A stretch of DNA of 32,000 nucleotides from Promethearchaeota archaeon (GTDB taxonomy: Archaea > Asgardarchaeota > Lokiarchaeia > Sigyniarchaeales > SOKP01), in contig JAUWGH010000006.1 in assembly GCA_030606485.1 (NCBI GenBank), positions 30,001 to 62,000 of the forward strand, read 5' to 3'. Each line of letters starts with the position of its first letter. Within the stretch, counting starts at the first letter, position 1. Below are positions 1 through 9,266 of this stretch, piece after piece. A model generated the notes under the pieces. The model worked only from the letters and a program-made list of their open reading frames with translations. It was not told the DNA's origin and made no database searches. Position numbers and translations under genes: made by a program.

Positions 1-390
1 CTCTAAAGCCGGCTTTTCGACGAACTCTTTGCAAATCGGACAAATTAATACACCTTCAATTGCGTAGAACATTCTCAAAAGATTATAAATGATTGTTTTT
101 GTCCCAACCGTGCTTCTAGGGTTAACAACTCTCGTTGTTCTCTGCTCCACAGCGATGGTGGGGCTCAATCCAGTTATCATATCGAACGGGGCTTCATCAC
201 TCCCACGCGGCGGATAACCAACCGCCTGCATATATCTCCTTAACCCTTCGTCAAATATAGTGTCGAAAGCTAAGCTCGACTTTCCAGATCCACTCACTCC
301 CGTTATTAATACCATTTTATTTTTCGGTATTGAGATATCTATATTTTTAAGATTATGAATTCGAGCGCCTTTAATTTCTATCTTATCCAT
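1..390 (-). CDS. uvrA: UvrA-like ABC ATPase, N-terminal part (runs off the window start)
   Basis: Not in the ORF track; read by hand from ATG at 390: [53 protein letters not shown]...[24 protein letters not shown]...CPIC. UvrA signatures present: GARxHNLKNI, Walker [17 protein letters not shown], first Zn-finger CxxC. Could be a non-NER paralogue. Confidence 0.88.
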   Translation of the reverse strand, partial: MDKIEIKGARIHNLKNIDISIPKNKMVLITGVSGSGKSSLAFDTIFDEGLRRYMQAVGYPPRGSDEAPFDMITGLSPTIAVEQRTTRVVNPRSTVGTKTIIYNLLRMFYAIEGVLICPICKEFVEKPALE

Positions 391-409
391 GTTTTTCCCT
401 CTTTATTTT

Positions 410-1033
410 TCAAACAAATGGTTGTCTTATTACTGTCTTTAATTTTTCAGGTGCAGTTTTTCTCGGATCGCTCAGATAGATCTCGTGGTGCTTTTGTTTA
501 TGTCCATCAAAACTCCCTCCCTGCGATTTAATAAAATCATGTATCTTATCAATCGTTGGGCCCTCATCTTTAAATGGACCAATGTATAAGATGTGCGCAC
601 TCTTTCCTTCATTAAATTTTTCTAATCGAAGGTTCGAAAAGATATCAGGGAGTTCTGGTTTTTTCTCTTTCGTAATCTCAATTGCCTTATCAATCATCTT
701 TTGAGTAATCCAATCCGGTTGCATTATCATCATAGTCCATTCCCATTTATCTCTTTTACCTTCTCTGAAATCTTTCATATCCTTTGCCCACCACAACCCT
801 TCTAGAGGTGGAACTACGTAATCCTTACCTCTCCCTTTGCTTAAAAACTTGGTCTTAAACGCAACCGGGTAAAGAACTCCGAGCGCGTCCGTGTACTCTT
901 TAGAATCGCCTGGAGATCCCATTCCATCTATCATAAGGAATTGCATCTCGGGAACATCGACTATGACGACCTCGTTTACGCTAGGCTTGTACAATTCTTT
1001 AAATTTATTTTTAAAATCTATTTTTGTTGGCAT
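410..1033 (-). CDS. GyrI-like small-molecule-binding protein (cyclopropanoid hydrolase-like subfamily)
   Basis: Motifs VPEMQFLMIDG, YVVPPLEGLWW, WTMMIMQPDW, IGPFKDE and KHHEIYLSDPRK...KTVIRQP are typical of this GyrI-like family. Confidence 0.88.
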   Translation of the reverse strand: MPTKIDFKNKFKELYKPSVNEVVIVDVPEMQFLMIDGMGSPGDSKEYTDALGVLYPVAFKTKFLSKGRGKDYVVPPLEGLWWAKDMKDFREGKRDKWEWTMMIMQPDWITQKMIDKAIEITKEKKPELPDIFSNLRLEKFNEGKSAHILYIGPFKDEGPTIDKIHDFIKSQGGSFDGHKQKHHEIYLSDPRKTAPEKLKTVIRQPFV

Positions 1034-1110
1034 ATTTTTTACCCTTTTTTTTGTTTTATTTCATGTGTTTAAAATCATCATTACTAATCTAACCATTTTA
1101 TTTACCTTCT

Positions 1111-1539
1111 TTATTTTTTATTTGGATTATATTTATATCCGCAATCGTAACATTCTTCGTCGTGAACGCATATCTCGCCTCCACATTCAGGACAAGTGTA
1201 AAGTAGCTTTTGCTCTTCAAGCCATTGATCCACTCCAATTTCTTTCATTCTATTTAAATTGTCTAAAAAATTAACGTTATATTTTGATTTATACCTATTG
1301 TTAATGCTCGTCAATCGTTCGCAAGGCATTTTTTCGCATTCAAAACAATATTCGATTTCATTATTTCTTAAAGCCTTGCAACCCTTCTTAACGAAAGCGC
1401 AATTTTTATCTTGAGCTTTACATCCCTTGCACCCTCTCTTATACCCCTTTTCCTCAAATAAGTCTTTCTTTTGGAGCAAATAGCTTCTACAAGCTCCACA
1501 ATAGACTCCACAACGACCAGCTAAATTATTTTCTTCCAT
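1111..1539 (-). CDS. DUF3795 family Cys-rich protein with C-terminal Zn ribbon
   Basis: CGVYCGAC, CKGC, C...C, CFEC..MPC pattern, plus CPECGG...CYDCG. GGGGA RBS-like sequence upstream. Confidence 0.8.
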   Translation of the reverse strand: MEENNLAGRCGVYCGACRSYLLQKKDLFEEKGYKRGCKGCKAQDKNCAFVKKGCKALRNNEIEYCFECEKMPCERLTSINNRYKSKYNVNFLDNLNRMKEIGVDQWLEEQKLLYTCPECGGEICVHDEECYDCGYKYNPNKK

Positions 1540-1552
1540 GTATCAAATCCCC

Positions 1553-2689
1553 TTATAATTTGATTTTTGATAGTGCTTTAAACATGTTCTCTTCCAAATC
1601 GACTATACTCCAAATTATATCTCGCAATTCTTCTAAATTAACATGCGCGATACAATCGTTTCCGCCAGTCTCCATTGCCTCTTTTAACGCGCCAGAGAAC
1701 TCGCTCCACAATGCTACAGATTGTTTTGCGTTTAGTAACTGATTTTCTACGATCTCAATCTCTTCTTGGCTCCACGCTCGCGGACTCTCTTTGGCATATT
1801 GAGGGATCTCTTGTAGAAAATCAACAAATAAGTTTCTGAAATTTGATCCTCCAGTGCCGTATTCCTCGATGAATCCGTACATGCTTTCAAATTGCAAGTA
1901 GGACTGAGACGCCTTTCCTTCGGGGGAAGTGTGCATTTTAGTTGCACTAAGCGTATCTTTCCATTTACTTATGGATTTACCAAATTTTCTTATGCCACCA
2001 ATCCCTTGGCTCCCTAGAGAAGTCTGAAGCATGTTTTTCACGATTTGTTGAATCGCAAGCTTCAACCCCGCGGCAAGTGGAGGGCGCTTACCGTCGGATC
2101 GAGGAATCATCGTAAACCACATGTTCCGCGGGTTCATGTACCTTCCGCATTCGGTCGAGCCCCGCGCTTTCTTTATTAAATCTATTGGGACTTTAAAAAC
2201 ATTAATTAGCTCGTTATCATACAGAAATGCCACATCTTTATCGTCGTAGTAGCCCACGAGCGAAATTGTGTGTCCGCCAAAATGGAATTTTTCGTAAGTA
2301 TCGCTGTAAGGCAAGTAATACATATCGGTTTTAATGATGTGTGGCGTGTTGTTGTTTATTAATTCCTTGGAAATTTTCCACGCTTTATCGGCACTATCCG
2401 AGGTTTTCTGCTTTATAATTACACCTAAGACTCTACATGCGAGACTATTCTCAGAAATCGAGCTAGACTTACCACCAATAAAAAATGGAACCATCCCTTT
2501 GTAAGTGTCTTTAAAGATGTTCTCTTGAGAACTAGCATCCCAAAATGCGAATCCCATAGTTGCATCAAGCCCAAAAGCCATAGCTTCGGTTATTGGATGT
2601 CCATAAAACTCAAACATGTCTCTCATTGCTGTCGATTCACAATGCCGTCCTACTTCATGTCTAAATCCATCAATTAGTACTTTCGCCAT
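1553..2689 (-). CDS. BtrH N-terminal / DUF4872 family protein (papain-like Cys-His hydrolase fold)
   Basis: GRHCESTAMRD (candidate Cys nucleophile), EAMAFGL, DMYYLPY, HFGGHTISLVGY (candidate His). Start placed at MAKVLIDG (2689), behind a GAGGTGG RBS, rather than the ORF-track start at 2722. Confidence 0.8.
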   Translation of the reverse strand: MAKVLIDGFRHEVGRHCESTAMRDMFEFYGHPITEAMAFGLDATMGFAFWDASSQENIFKDTYKGMVPFFIGGKSSSISENSLACRVLGVIIKQKTSDSADKAWKISKELINNNTPHIIKTDMYYLPYSDTYEKFHFGGHTISLVGYYDDKDVAFLYDNELINVFKVPIDLIKKARGSTECGRYMNPRNMWFTMIPRSDGKRPPLAAGLKLAIQQIVKNMLQTSLGSQGIGGIRKFGKSISKWKDTLSATKMHTSPEGKASQSYLQFESMYGFIEEYGTGGSNFRNLFVDFLQEIPQYAKESPRAWSQEEIEIVENQLLNAKQSVALWSEFSGALKEAMETGGNDCIAHVNLEELRDIIWSIVDLEENMFKALSKIKL

Positions 2690-3273
2690 TCTTTTTCCAC
2701 CTCTATCTGCTCTAATATCCATTTTATAAATTCCATATGAGTTTTCATTATTATAATTGGACGATAAAAAAGTGCTTTAATGGTCAACGGGTAATAATTC
2801 CATTGTTCCATCGATTTTTTTATCGAAACTTTCTCTGTTTCCTTCAACATAGTTATGTCTCTTTTAATAATTTCTAAAGAATTCGTAAACGCTTCAATTT
2901 GTTCTTCTTTTGATAGTATCGGTAACATAGACAACGCTAAATCGTAATCGGATTCCCTCCTGCCTTTAAAACTCCTTAAAGTGTCATAAACCTTCGTTTT
3001 TAAAACTTTCAACCCGTATTTGGTAATTGTGTAAATTTTCACTGTATAAGCTTTTCCCTCTTCTTTTTGTTCTTCGATTCTCATATTGACTAATTCATCT
3101 TTTCTTAATTTTTTTAAAACGCCGTAAACAGAGGATTTCCCAATCTCCGTCCAATTTTTCATACCTCGCTCTTTAATTCTCTCATTAATGTTTTTAGCAT
3201 GACTCTCTCGTTCAGCAACTAACCCAAGAACTGCAAATGCAACATGAGATAGTCTATAATTACTTTTCATCAT
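2674..3273 (-). CDS. PadR family transcriptional regulator
   Basis: AVLGLVAERESHAKNI...SSVYGVLKKL...KIYTITKYG winged-helix pattern and a helical C-terminal dimerisation region. First gene of the co-oriented cluster; overlaps the next gene. Confidence 0.85.
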   Translation of the reverse strand: MMKSNYRLSHVAFAVLGLVAERESHAKNINERIKERGMKNWTEIGKSSVYGVLKKLRKDELVNMRIEEQKEEGKAYTVKIYTITKYGLKVLKTKVYDTLRSFKGRRESDYDLALSMLPILSKEEQIEAFTNSLEIIKRDITMLKETEKVSIKKSMEQWNYYPLTIKALFYRPIIIMKTHMEFIKWILEQIEVEKEWRKY

Positions 3274-3286
3274 CTTAAGTCAGACC

Positions 3287-3318
3287 ATTCTGATATAAGA
3301 ATATTCTGATAGCAGAAT
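3287..3318. promoter_or_regulatory. Two abutting 16-bp imperfect palindromes, candidate PadR operator
   Basis: ATTCTGATATAAGAAT (3287-3302) and ATTCTGATAGCAGAAT (3303-3318), each 14/16 self-complementary. They lie 14 bp upstream of the PadR start and next to a TATA-like TTTAATTA on the minus strand. Confidence 0.6.
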
Positions 3319-3446
3319 AATTAAATCTTTGTATCAAAATCTGATCTAAATATTTTTGAAAAAAAGTACTAGTTTTGATTAATTGAAAAATATGAAAAAA
3401 AGAAAAATAAAAAAATTATTTTTTTTAACTTCTGCTTTCGAGGTTT

Positions 3447-4139
3447 CTATTTAATTCCAATATATAAGAAAATATTATCTGCCATAAACCCGAATCTTGC
3501 TACAAATAAAACAATTCCAGGTTCCAATAACGCGTCCATCACAGCAGCGATAGTAAATAAGAAAAACCCAATTGTTAGGTATATAAATTTCTTCCTCAAT
3601 TCGCCAGTTAATTGTTTTGCCTTTCGCAATGATCCTATTCCATCAAATAATAAGACTGATAAAATTAAGACTACAATTATTATGAATGGAAGAGCCCCCG
3701 TGTTGAACGAGGAATCAATAACATCTTCACCCATTGGATTTTCATACGGTTTAAAAGAATTTAGTGTATCAAAGAATAGTAAATACATAAAAATTAAACC
3801 GATAACAGTAAAAACACCAACAATATACCATTTCGCCCTTGGAGCGAGAAGTTCACCTCCTATCCACATCATAAAAACTATACCCGGAACCACCCACATA
3901 TAACTTAATCTAACATATAAAAAAAAGTCTATATTACTCCCAGTTAAAAGCACAAACAAAAAATCCGTGGCAGGGCCGAGAAGCAAGAGTCCCATAAAAA
4001 TTGCCATGATGCCAAAATTCCTAAGAAGTTTTTGCTTCGTTTTTATTGATTTAATAATAGCAAATAACCCAACTATTATGCCAAATATTACAACAAATAA
4101 CGCACTTAATCCCGTTAGCCAAAAATTAGTTGTAACCAT
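3447..4139 (-). CDS. Stand-alone 7-transmembrane membrane protein
   Basis: Seven hydrophobic segments, a long polar loop between TM4 and TM5, no soluble output domain. ATG at 4139 (MVTTNF) preferred over TTG at 4148. Confidence 0.65.
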   Translation of the reverse strand: MVTTNFWLTGLSALFVVIFGIIVGLFAIIKSIKTKQKLLRNFGIMAIFMGLLLLGPATDFLFVLLTGSNIDFFLYVRLSYMWVVPGIVFMMWIGGELLAPRAKWYIVGVFTVIGLIFMYLLFFDTLNSFKPYENPMGEDVIDSSFNTGALPFIIIVVLILSVLLFDGIGSLRKAKQLTGELRKKFIYLTIGFFLFTIAAVMDALLEPGIVLFVARFGFMADNIFLYIGIK

Positions 4140-4412
4140 ATCAATCAATCCTTTTTAAATATTTTTTATTTGTAATTATATCTTTGATTCTTTTTACTTA
4201 TAAATATTTTTTATAATATTGTCTACAAACTCTATTATTCTAATTTATATTTTTTTTGTATAATTACAAATTATGATATATAAATTTCTTATTATTAAGT
4301 CCATTTAAGATCACCTTAAAAATTAATATTTAATGATTCTTATTCAAATTCTTTGCGATTTTTTTTTACACATTAAATATTTTGGGGGCAACAATAAGAA
4401 AAATAAGAAAAT

Positions 4413-5828
4413 TCATTTATTTAACGCCAATTCTGGTTCTTGCTTTTCTATTTTTTTCCAAATTCTTTTGGGTGGGCTAGTAGGTATCATCTCATAGAAT
4501 TTCTTTCGGAACTTCTTCATTTTAAGGAACAACATCAAAAAACCCCGCGCCGCCTTCCAAATCAATGATACTTTATTTGGGAGTGTATCATATAGTCCAT
4601 ATTTCTTATAATACTTATGATCTGCCCTGAAAACAATGCGGAGATTGGCGTGAATTTCATCTCTGAATAATTTAAACCCACCTTCATGTCGAAAGGTATA
4701 ATTAACATAACCACTATCTGCGAATTTAATTAATTTATCAGCAAAAGATTGCAATAATAAATCAATTTCATTCGAAGTTCCAAATTCATCTGTTATGACT
4801 CCAACAAGATTAGCCTCTTGAAATTCGGTCCACGACTCTAAAAACTCTCGGAAAATCATATCTTGGCTTAATGGCCCTGAAATAATAAAGCCTAATTGTT
4901 TCCCTACTAATACTGGTGTGTGTGTATTAAAAAAGGCTCTATCAAAGAGAAGTTTCCATCTTGAAGAAAAAAATCTATCCTTCATAGCCCCAGCAAAAAT
5001 CAGAATATCAGCCGACATTACTTTATTTTTATAAAATCCGATAAAATTATCTCCTTTAACTTTGAGATAATGACACTCATTATTATAACCGCTTTTTAAA
5101 CAGCCTAAACAATGTCCTGTGATATTAACATCCCATATATTTGCTATCTCCGCTTCCGAAAAGCAGTTTTTCATTGCAGTAACCATTTTTCCAATATTTG
5201 TTTTTTCATCAACGGAATCAGTTACTATTAAAATCTTTTTACCTTTAGTTTCTATTACTTTAAAATTTTCTCCTGGATTATACTCAAATTCTCTGTATTT
5301 TAGAGGAGTAAATTTTTTGGGTGTTGGTACTTTCCTATTAATGCCATCAAAAAAATTATCTATAAACTTAATAAAATTCTGTCTCTTTTCAAAATCATTT
5401 ATATCAAGCATATATGGCGAATAATATCCAAAATACTTCATATCTAAATCATCGATTATTCCCTGCATGTAATTGTGGGCCATATGGTCATAAAAATGTA
5501 TACTCGTTGAAATAGTTATTGCATATTTTCCTTTGAATGCATTTTCCACCCCTCGCTCCCAAATAAGTTCAATAAATCGTTTATAATTTGAATGCACATG
5601 TAATATATAAAGTGGAAAAGCCCATATAATTCCTTTACTGGATTGAATTTCATCTATAAGTTCTTGAAAGGCACCCATATTATTTTCATAATACTTTAGT
5701 TTTTGAGCGATGTGGAAAATTCGTATTTCTCGTTCGGGATATTTGCGCTGAATATATTTAACGAATTGAATTGTAGTGCCATTACTACCTTTTGGGCTTC
5801 CGTTTAAAGCTATTATTTTTGCAACCAT
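4413..5828 (-). CDS. Tandem flavodoxin-fold NAD(P)H-dependent FMN oxidoreductase / iron-sulfur flavoprotein-like
   Basis: LNGSPKG...T and FPLY in domain 1. CLGCLKSGYNNEC, ADILIFAG and FDRAFF in domain 2. Confidence 0.8.
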   Translation of the reverse strand: MVAKIIALNGSPKGSNGTTIQFVKYIQRKYPEREIRIFHIAQKLKYYENNMGAFQELIDEIQSSKGIIWAFPLYILHVHSNYKRFIELIWERGVENAFKGKYAITISTSIHFYDHMAHNYMQGIIDDLDMKYFGYYSPYMLDINDFEKRQNFIKFIDNFFDGINRKVPTPKKFTPLKYREFEYNPGENFKVIETKGKKILIVTDSVDEKTNIGKMVTAMKNCFSEAEIANIWDVNITGHCLGCLKSGYNNECHYLKVKGDNFIGFYKNKVMSADILIFAGAMKDRFFSSRWKLLFDRAFFNTHTPVLVGKQLGFIISGPLSQDMIFREFLESWTEFQEANLVGVITDEFGTSNEIDLLLQSFADKLIKFADSGYVNYTFRHEGGFKLFRDEIHANLRIVFRADHKYYKKYGLYDTLPNKVSLIWKAARGFLMLFLKMKKFRKKFYEMIPTSPPKRIWKKIEKQEPELALNK

Positions 5829-5941
5829 AATAAATCTTCTCGATTGATTAAAAAAAAATCTATTATTTTGAAAATATGATATGGCTTAAATATTTTTAAA
5901 AATTTTATTTAAATTATTAGAATATAAAATTCAAGATAAAA

Positions 5942-7213
5942 ATGAATTTCGAAATCATCATCATTGGAGCTGGTATCTCTGGTGCTTCATTTGCTAATAA
6001 AATTGTAAAATTTGCAAAAACTCTTCTTCTTGATGCGCAAGATATATCTCAGCGCCCACTATCTACAAATATTTTCCCATTCCATAATAAACCCTATATT
6101 GAAGAAACTGAATGGGCAAATGTAGAAATATTTCCAACATATCATGTTAAAACGAATTATATGGGAAGTAAATTTGATGGAATTGTTAATTCTGAAGAAT
6201 TTGGTCGCCCTTTAGGAAAAGTAGTTTATTTAGAAAAATTATTAAACAGAATGATCCAAAAATTCGAAGACCAGGGTGGTGTTTTTAAAGATAAACAAAA
6301 AGTAAAAAAAATAAATAAATATAGTGACCACTTGGAAGTAATTACTAATAATGGTCAAACCTTTTCATGTAAATTACTAGTTTTTGCTACTGGTTCCCGA
6401 GCTTTGGATTTGCAACGTTCAATGGGTTTTGATACTCCGGATGAATATGTGGGTATATATTGTCATTTTCATGGAGATGAGGATAAATTAAATGAAAATA
6501 TGGATGCAAATTATCTCTTTCATATTAATCCAAAAATAAGCCGAAATGGTCCATTATTTATAAATAAGGGGAAAGAAAGGCTTTCAATAGGTTTTTTAGG
6601 AGATAATCAGCCAATTCAAGAACTCGGTTTAAAATTAAATAATATTCTTAATTCTTATAAAAAAATTCAACCATTTATAAAAGGATTAACGCGTGATCCA
6701 AAATCAATTGTTGCGAAAATTTCAAAACATCCAATTAAAACATTTTCTCATGATAGAATGTTAATTTTAGGTGAAGCTGCTGGTTTAGTTACAGCGTTCT
6801 TCTACGAGGGAATACTATGTGGGATAATATCGGCAGAGATTGCTTCTAATACAATTAAATCATTAATGGAAATTAATAATGATTTTAACCAGCTCTCTCT
6901 TAGACAGTATGATAACGAAATCAACCGAGTATTTGGTAATTATTTTAAAAATGGAAAAGGTTCAGAATATATATTCTATCATTCTGGTTCTAATATGGAG
7001 TTGATTTGGGACACTTATATAAAAGTGGTTCGTAAAGATAAAAAACTTAGAAAATATATTTGGGAAGCGTATCAAATTGAGAACATTGAAGCCCTCGCTA
7101 ATTATGATATTAGTAGAGATCGATATGCTGGGGAGAGAATGCTTGCTAATTTGCCCTTCCTATCCAAAATAAGCTTAGTTCCCCTCTTTCTTAAGGCTAG
7201 GTTTATATTATAA
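5942..7213 (+). CDS. FAD-dependent oxidoreductase, geranylgeranyl reductase-like (divergent)
   Basis: IIIGAGISG dinucleotide-binding motif, LVFATG, ILGEAAGLV...EGI. The usual GGR YxWxFP motif is not evident, so the substrate is uncertain. Confidence 0.7.
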   Translation: MNFEIIIIGAGISGASFANKIVKFAKTLLLDAQDISQRPLSTNIFPFHNKPYIEETEWANVEIFPTYHVKTNYMGSKFDGIVNSEEFGRPLGKVVYLEKLLNRMIQKFEDQGGVFKDKQKVKKINKYSDHLEVITNNGQTFSCKLLVFATGSRALDLQRSMGFDTPDEYVGIYCHFHGDEDKLNENMDANYLFHINPKISRNGPLFINKGKERLSIGFLGDNQPIQELGLKLNNILNSYKKIQPFIKGLTRDPKSIVAKISKHPIKTFSHDRMLILGEAAGLVTAFFYEGILCGIISAEIASNTIKSLMEINNDFNQLSLRQYDNEINRVFGNYFKNGKGSEYIFYHSGSNMELIWDTYIKVVRKDKKLRKYIWEAYQIENIEALANYDISRDRYAGERMLANLPFLSKISLVPLFLKARFIL

Positions 7214-7235
7214 AAAATATTTAGTAAAGATTATT

Positions 7236-9227
7236 TTATTCTCCTTCTTGATCTTCAAATAAACCTAGATTTGGGTCTAGGAATTGATTACTACACATAG
7301 GACAAGCATTATATTTAGAAATCCAATAAGCTACGCATAGATAATGAAATACCGACCCGCAAAATGGACACACAATTATATTTTCTCTCGCGATATTAAT
7401 ATATTTATGGCATACAGTGCATTGGACATTAGAGGTTGAAATTCCCTCCCTTAATCTAATTCGAGAGGATAAAACTTCTTCTAATTTTGACATTTCTTCT
7501 TGATAAAGTCTTTTTTCTCGATTTGATTTTTTTATTTGAGAATTAATCGATTGAATTCTCTCCTTTAATTCATCATCAGATAATTTTTCCGGAAAAAGTG
7601 TTGTAAAACGATAATTCAGTGGAATTTCATGGTCTAATAATCCAATATTTTTTATCGTGCTAAAAAGAATCTCTTCTTTGCCAATAATCTCTTTAAATGA
7701 AATAAAAAGTTTAGAAATTGATAAGTATAGTGCAAATTTCATTTGATTTGTTTTTTCAGTAAAATTTTTTTCCCAATTTTTTATAAGACTGTATGGACTA
7801 ACTCCTTTTTTTCTAATATCTTCAAATATTTTTGTAATCTCTTTTTGGATTTTAGTAGTTTCTACCGTATATTTTCTCAGCATATTTTTAATATTTTCTA
7901 ATTCAGGAAACTCCTGATTTATAGTCTTAGAGGTTTCTTGTTGATAAAAATTCAACATATGATTTAATTTTGCAATTTTATTATCAATAACATCTTTTAC
8001 TTCAGCTTTTACTTTCTCTTCATATATAGATTGAGCGGAATTTTCAAAATTTTCCGTTCTTCTTTGAATTTCTGAATTTATATTATTTATTGTTTTATTT
8101 ATATTTAATGTGATCTCATCGTAAGGCTTTAAATAATTTTCAAATTCTAAAATCCAATCCACAATATCATCTAATAAATTAATTAATTGAAGATTCTTTA
8201 AGCGAAGGTGGATTATACAATCTTGTTCTTCAATCCTTTTTTGATAATAAGTTTCAATTTTTTCAAAAATCTTTAATATCGGTTTTGAAATGAAATTATA
8301 AATATCACTTTGATTTAACTCTTCTAAGATTTTCTTTATTTCACTCTTAGTAATGATCTTTCCGTCATCATAAATTTCTTTCCTTTCTAAAAACAAATTA
8401 AATATAAAATCCCTTAATAATTCAATTAAAAATAAACGTAAATTTTTTTTAATCTCTGCTTTCTCTGTAGAATCCCTATATTCCTCTATTTCATTGATAG
8501 AAAAAATCCCCATTGAATAAAATAAATTAATATATTCATAAATAAGCACGGATTTAAAGATTTTGGACTCTTGAAGGTCAGAAATTATATCATGTAAATA
8601 AAAAACAATATTTTCTTCTCGTCCCTCATTAATAATTGGGACTTCAGCGTGCTGTTCTACGATTTCACATAATGATTTTAATGGCTCCCAAATTTCAAGA
8701 TTTAACGGAAGTTTTTTAAGAATAAAAGAAGTTTTCTTAAGTATAGAGCTTTCAATAAATATATTAATTTGATTATTGAATCTGGGTCTGAACTTTTCCT
8801 TATTAGATTGTACAAAATCAATAAGATTATCGCATTGGTCTCTTGAATACTTAATATTTTTATATATTTTTTCAATTAATTTCTTATTTTTAATTATAAC
8901 TTTTATATTCCTCATATCTAAGAAGAGAATTCTAATCCTCTGTTCAATTCGCATTAATTCACTTAAAATTTCTGATAGAAAATAATATAATTCATTTAAA
9001 TTCCCAACTTCGAAATAATTACTAAAAAAATCTTCTAAATTTATTAAGTATTCAGAAATTTTATTAAAATCTTCTAAATCAAACTTGGACGAAATAAAGT
9101 TTATAATTTCTGATTTCTTTGATTTATTTTTCTCAAAATAAATTAATTGTTTTTTTATTTCTTCAATCTCTACTTTTGTAAATCCTTTTATATCATCAGA
9201 AATAAAACCATTATTACTAAATAACAT
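7236..9227 (-). CDS. Long helical/coiled-coil protein with C-terminal C4HC3 RING-variant finger (putative E3 ligase)
   Basis: CTVC-x13-CPFC-x4-H-x2-C-VAYW-x6-CPMC at 7293-7421, with the RING-typical Trp four residues after the sixth ligand and a final CPxC. Preceded by a heptad-rich coiled coil. Confidence 0.75.
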   Translation of the reverse strand: MLFSNNGFISDDIKGFTKVEIEEIKKQLIYFEKNKSKKSEIINFISSKFDLEDFNKISEYLINLEDFFSNYFEVGNLNELYYFLSEILSELMRIEQRIRILFLDMRNIKVIIKNKKLIEKIYKNIKYSRDQCDNLIDFVQSNKEKFRPRFNNQINIFIESSILKKTSFILKKLPLNLEIWEPLKSLCEIVEQHAEVPIINEGREENIVFYLHDIISDLQESKIFKSVLIYEYINLFYSMGIFSINEIEEYRDSTEKAEIKKNLRLFLIELLRDFIFNLFLERKEIYDDGKIITKSEIKKILEELNQSDIYNFISKPILKIFEKIETYYQKRIEEQDCIIHLRLKNLQLINLLDDIVDWILEFENYLKPYDEITLNINKTINNINSEIQRRTENFENSAQSIYEEKVKAEVKDVIDNKIAKLNHMLNFYQQETSKTINQEFPELENIKNMLRKYTVETTKIQKEITKIFEDIRKKGVSPYSLIKNWEKNFTEKTNQMKFALYLSISKLFISFKEIIGKEEILFSTIKNIGLLDHEIPLNYRFTTLFPEKLSDDELKERIQSINSQIKKSNREKRLYQEEMSKLEEVLSSRIRLREGISTSNVQCTVCHKYINIARENIIVCPFCGSVFHYLCVAYWISKYNACPMCSNQFLDPNLGLFEDQEGE

Positions 9228-9266
9228 AAAAATAGTCTTTTTATCCTAAAATAATATTAATAAAAT

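Noticed and set aside
3447-4139. Microbial rhodopsin
   Set aside because: No retinal-binding Lys motif in helix 7.
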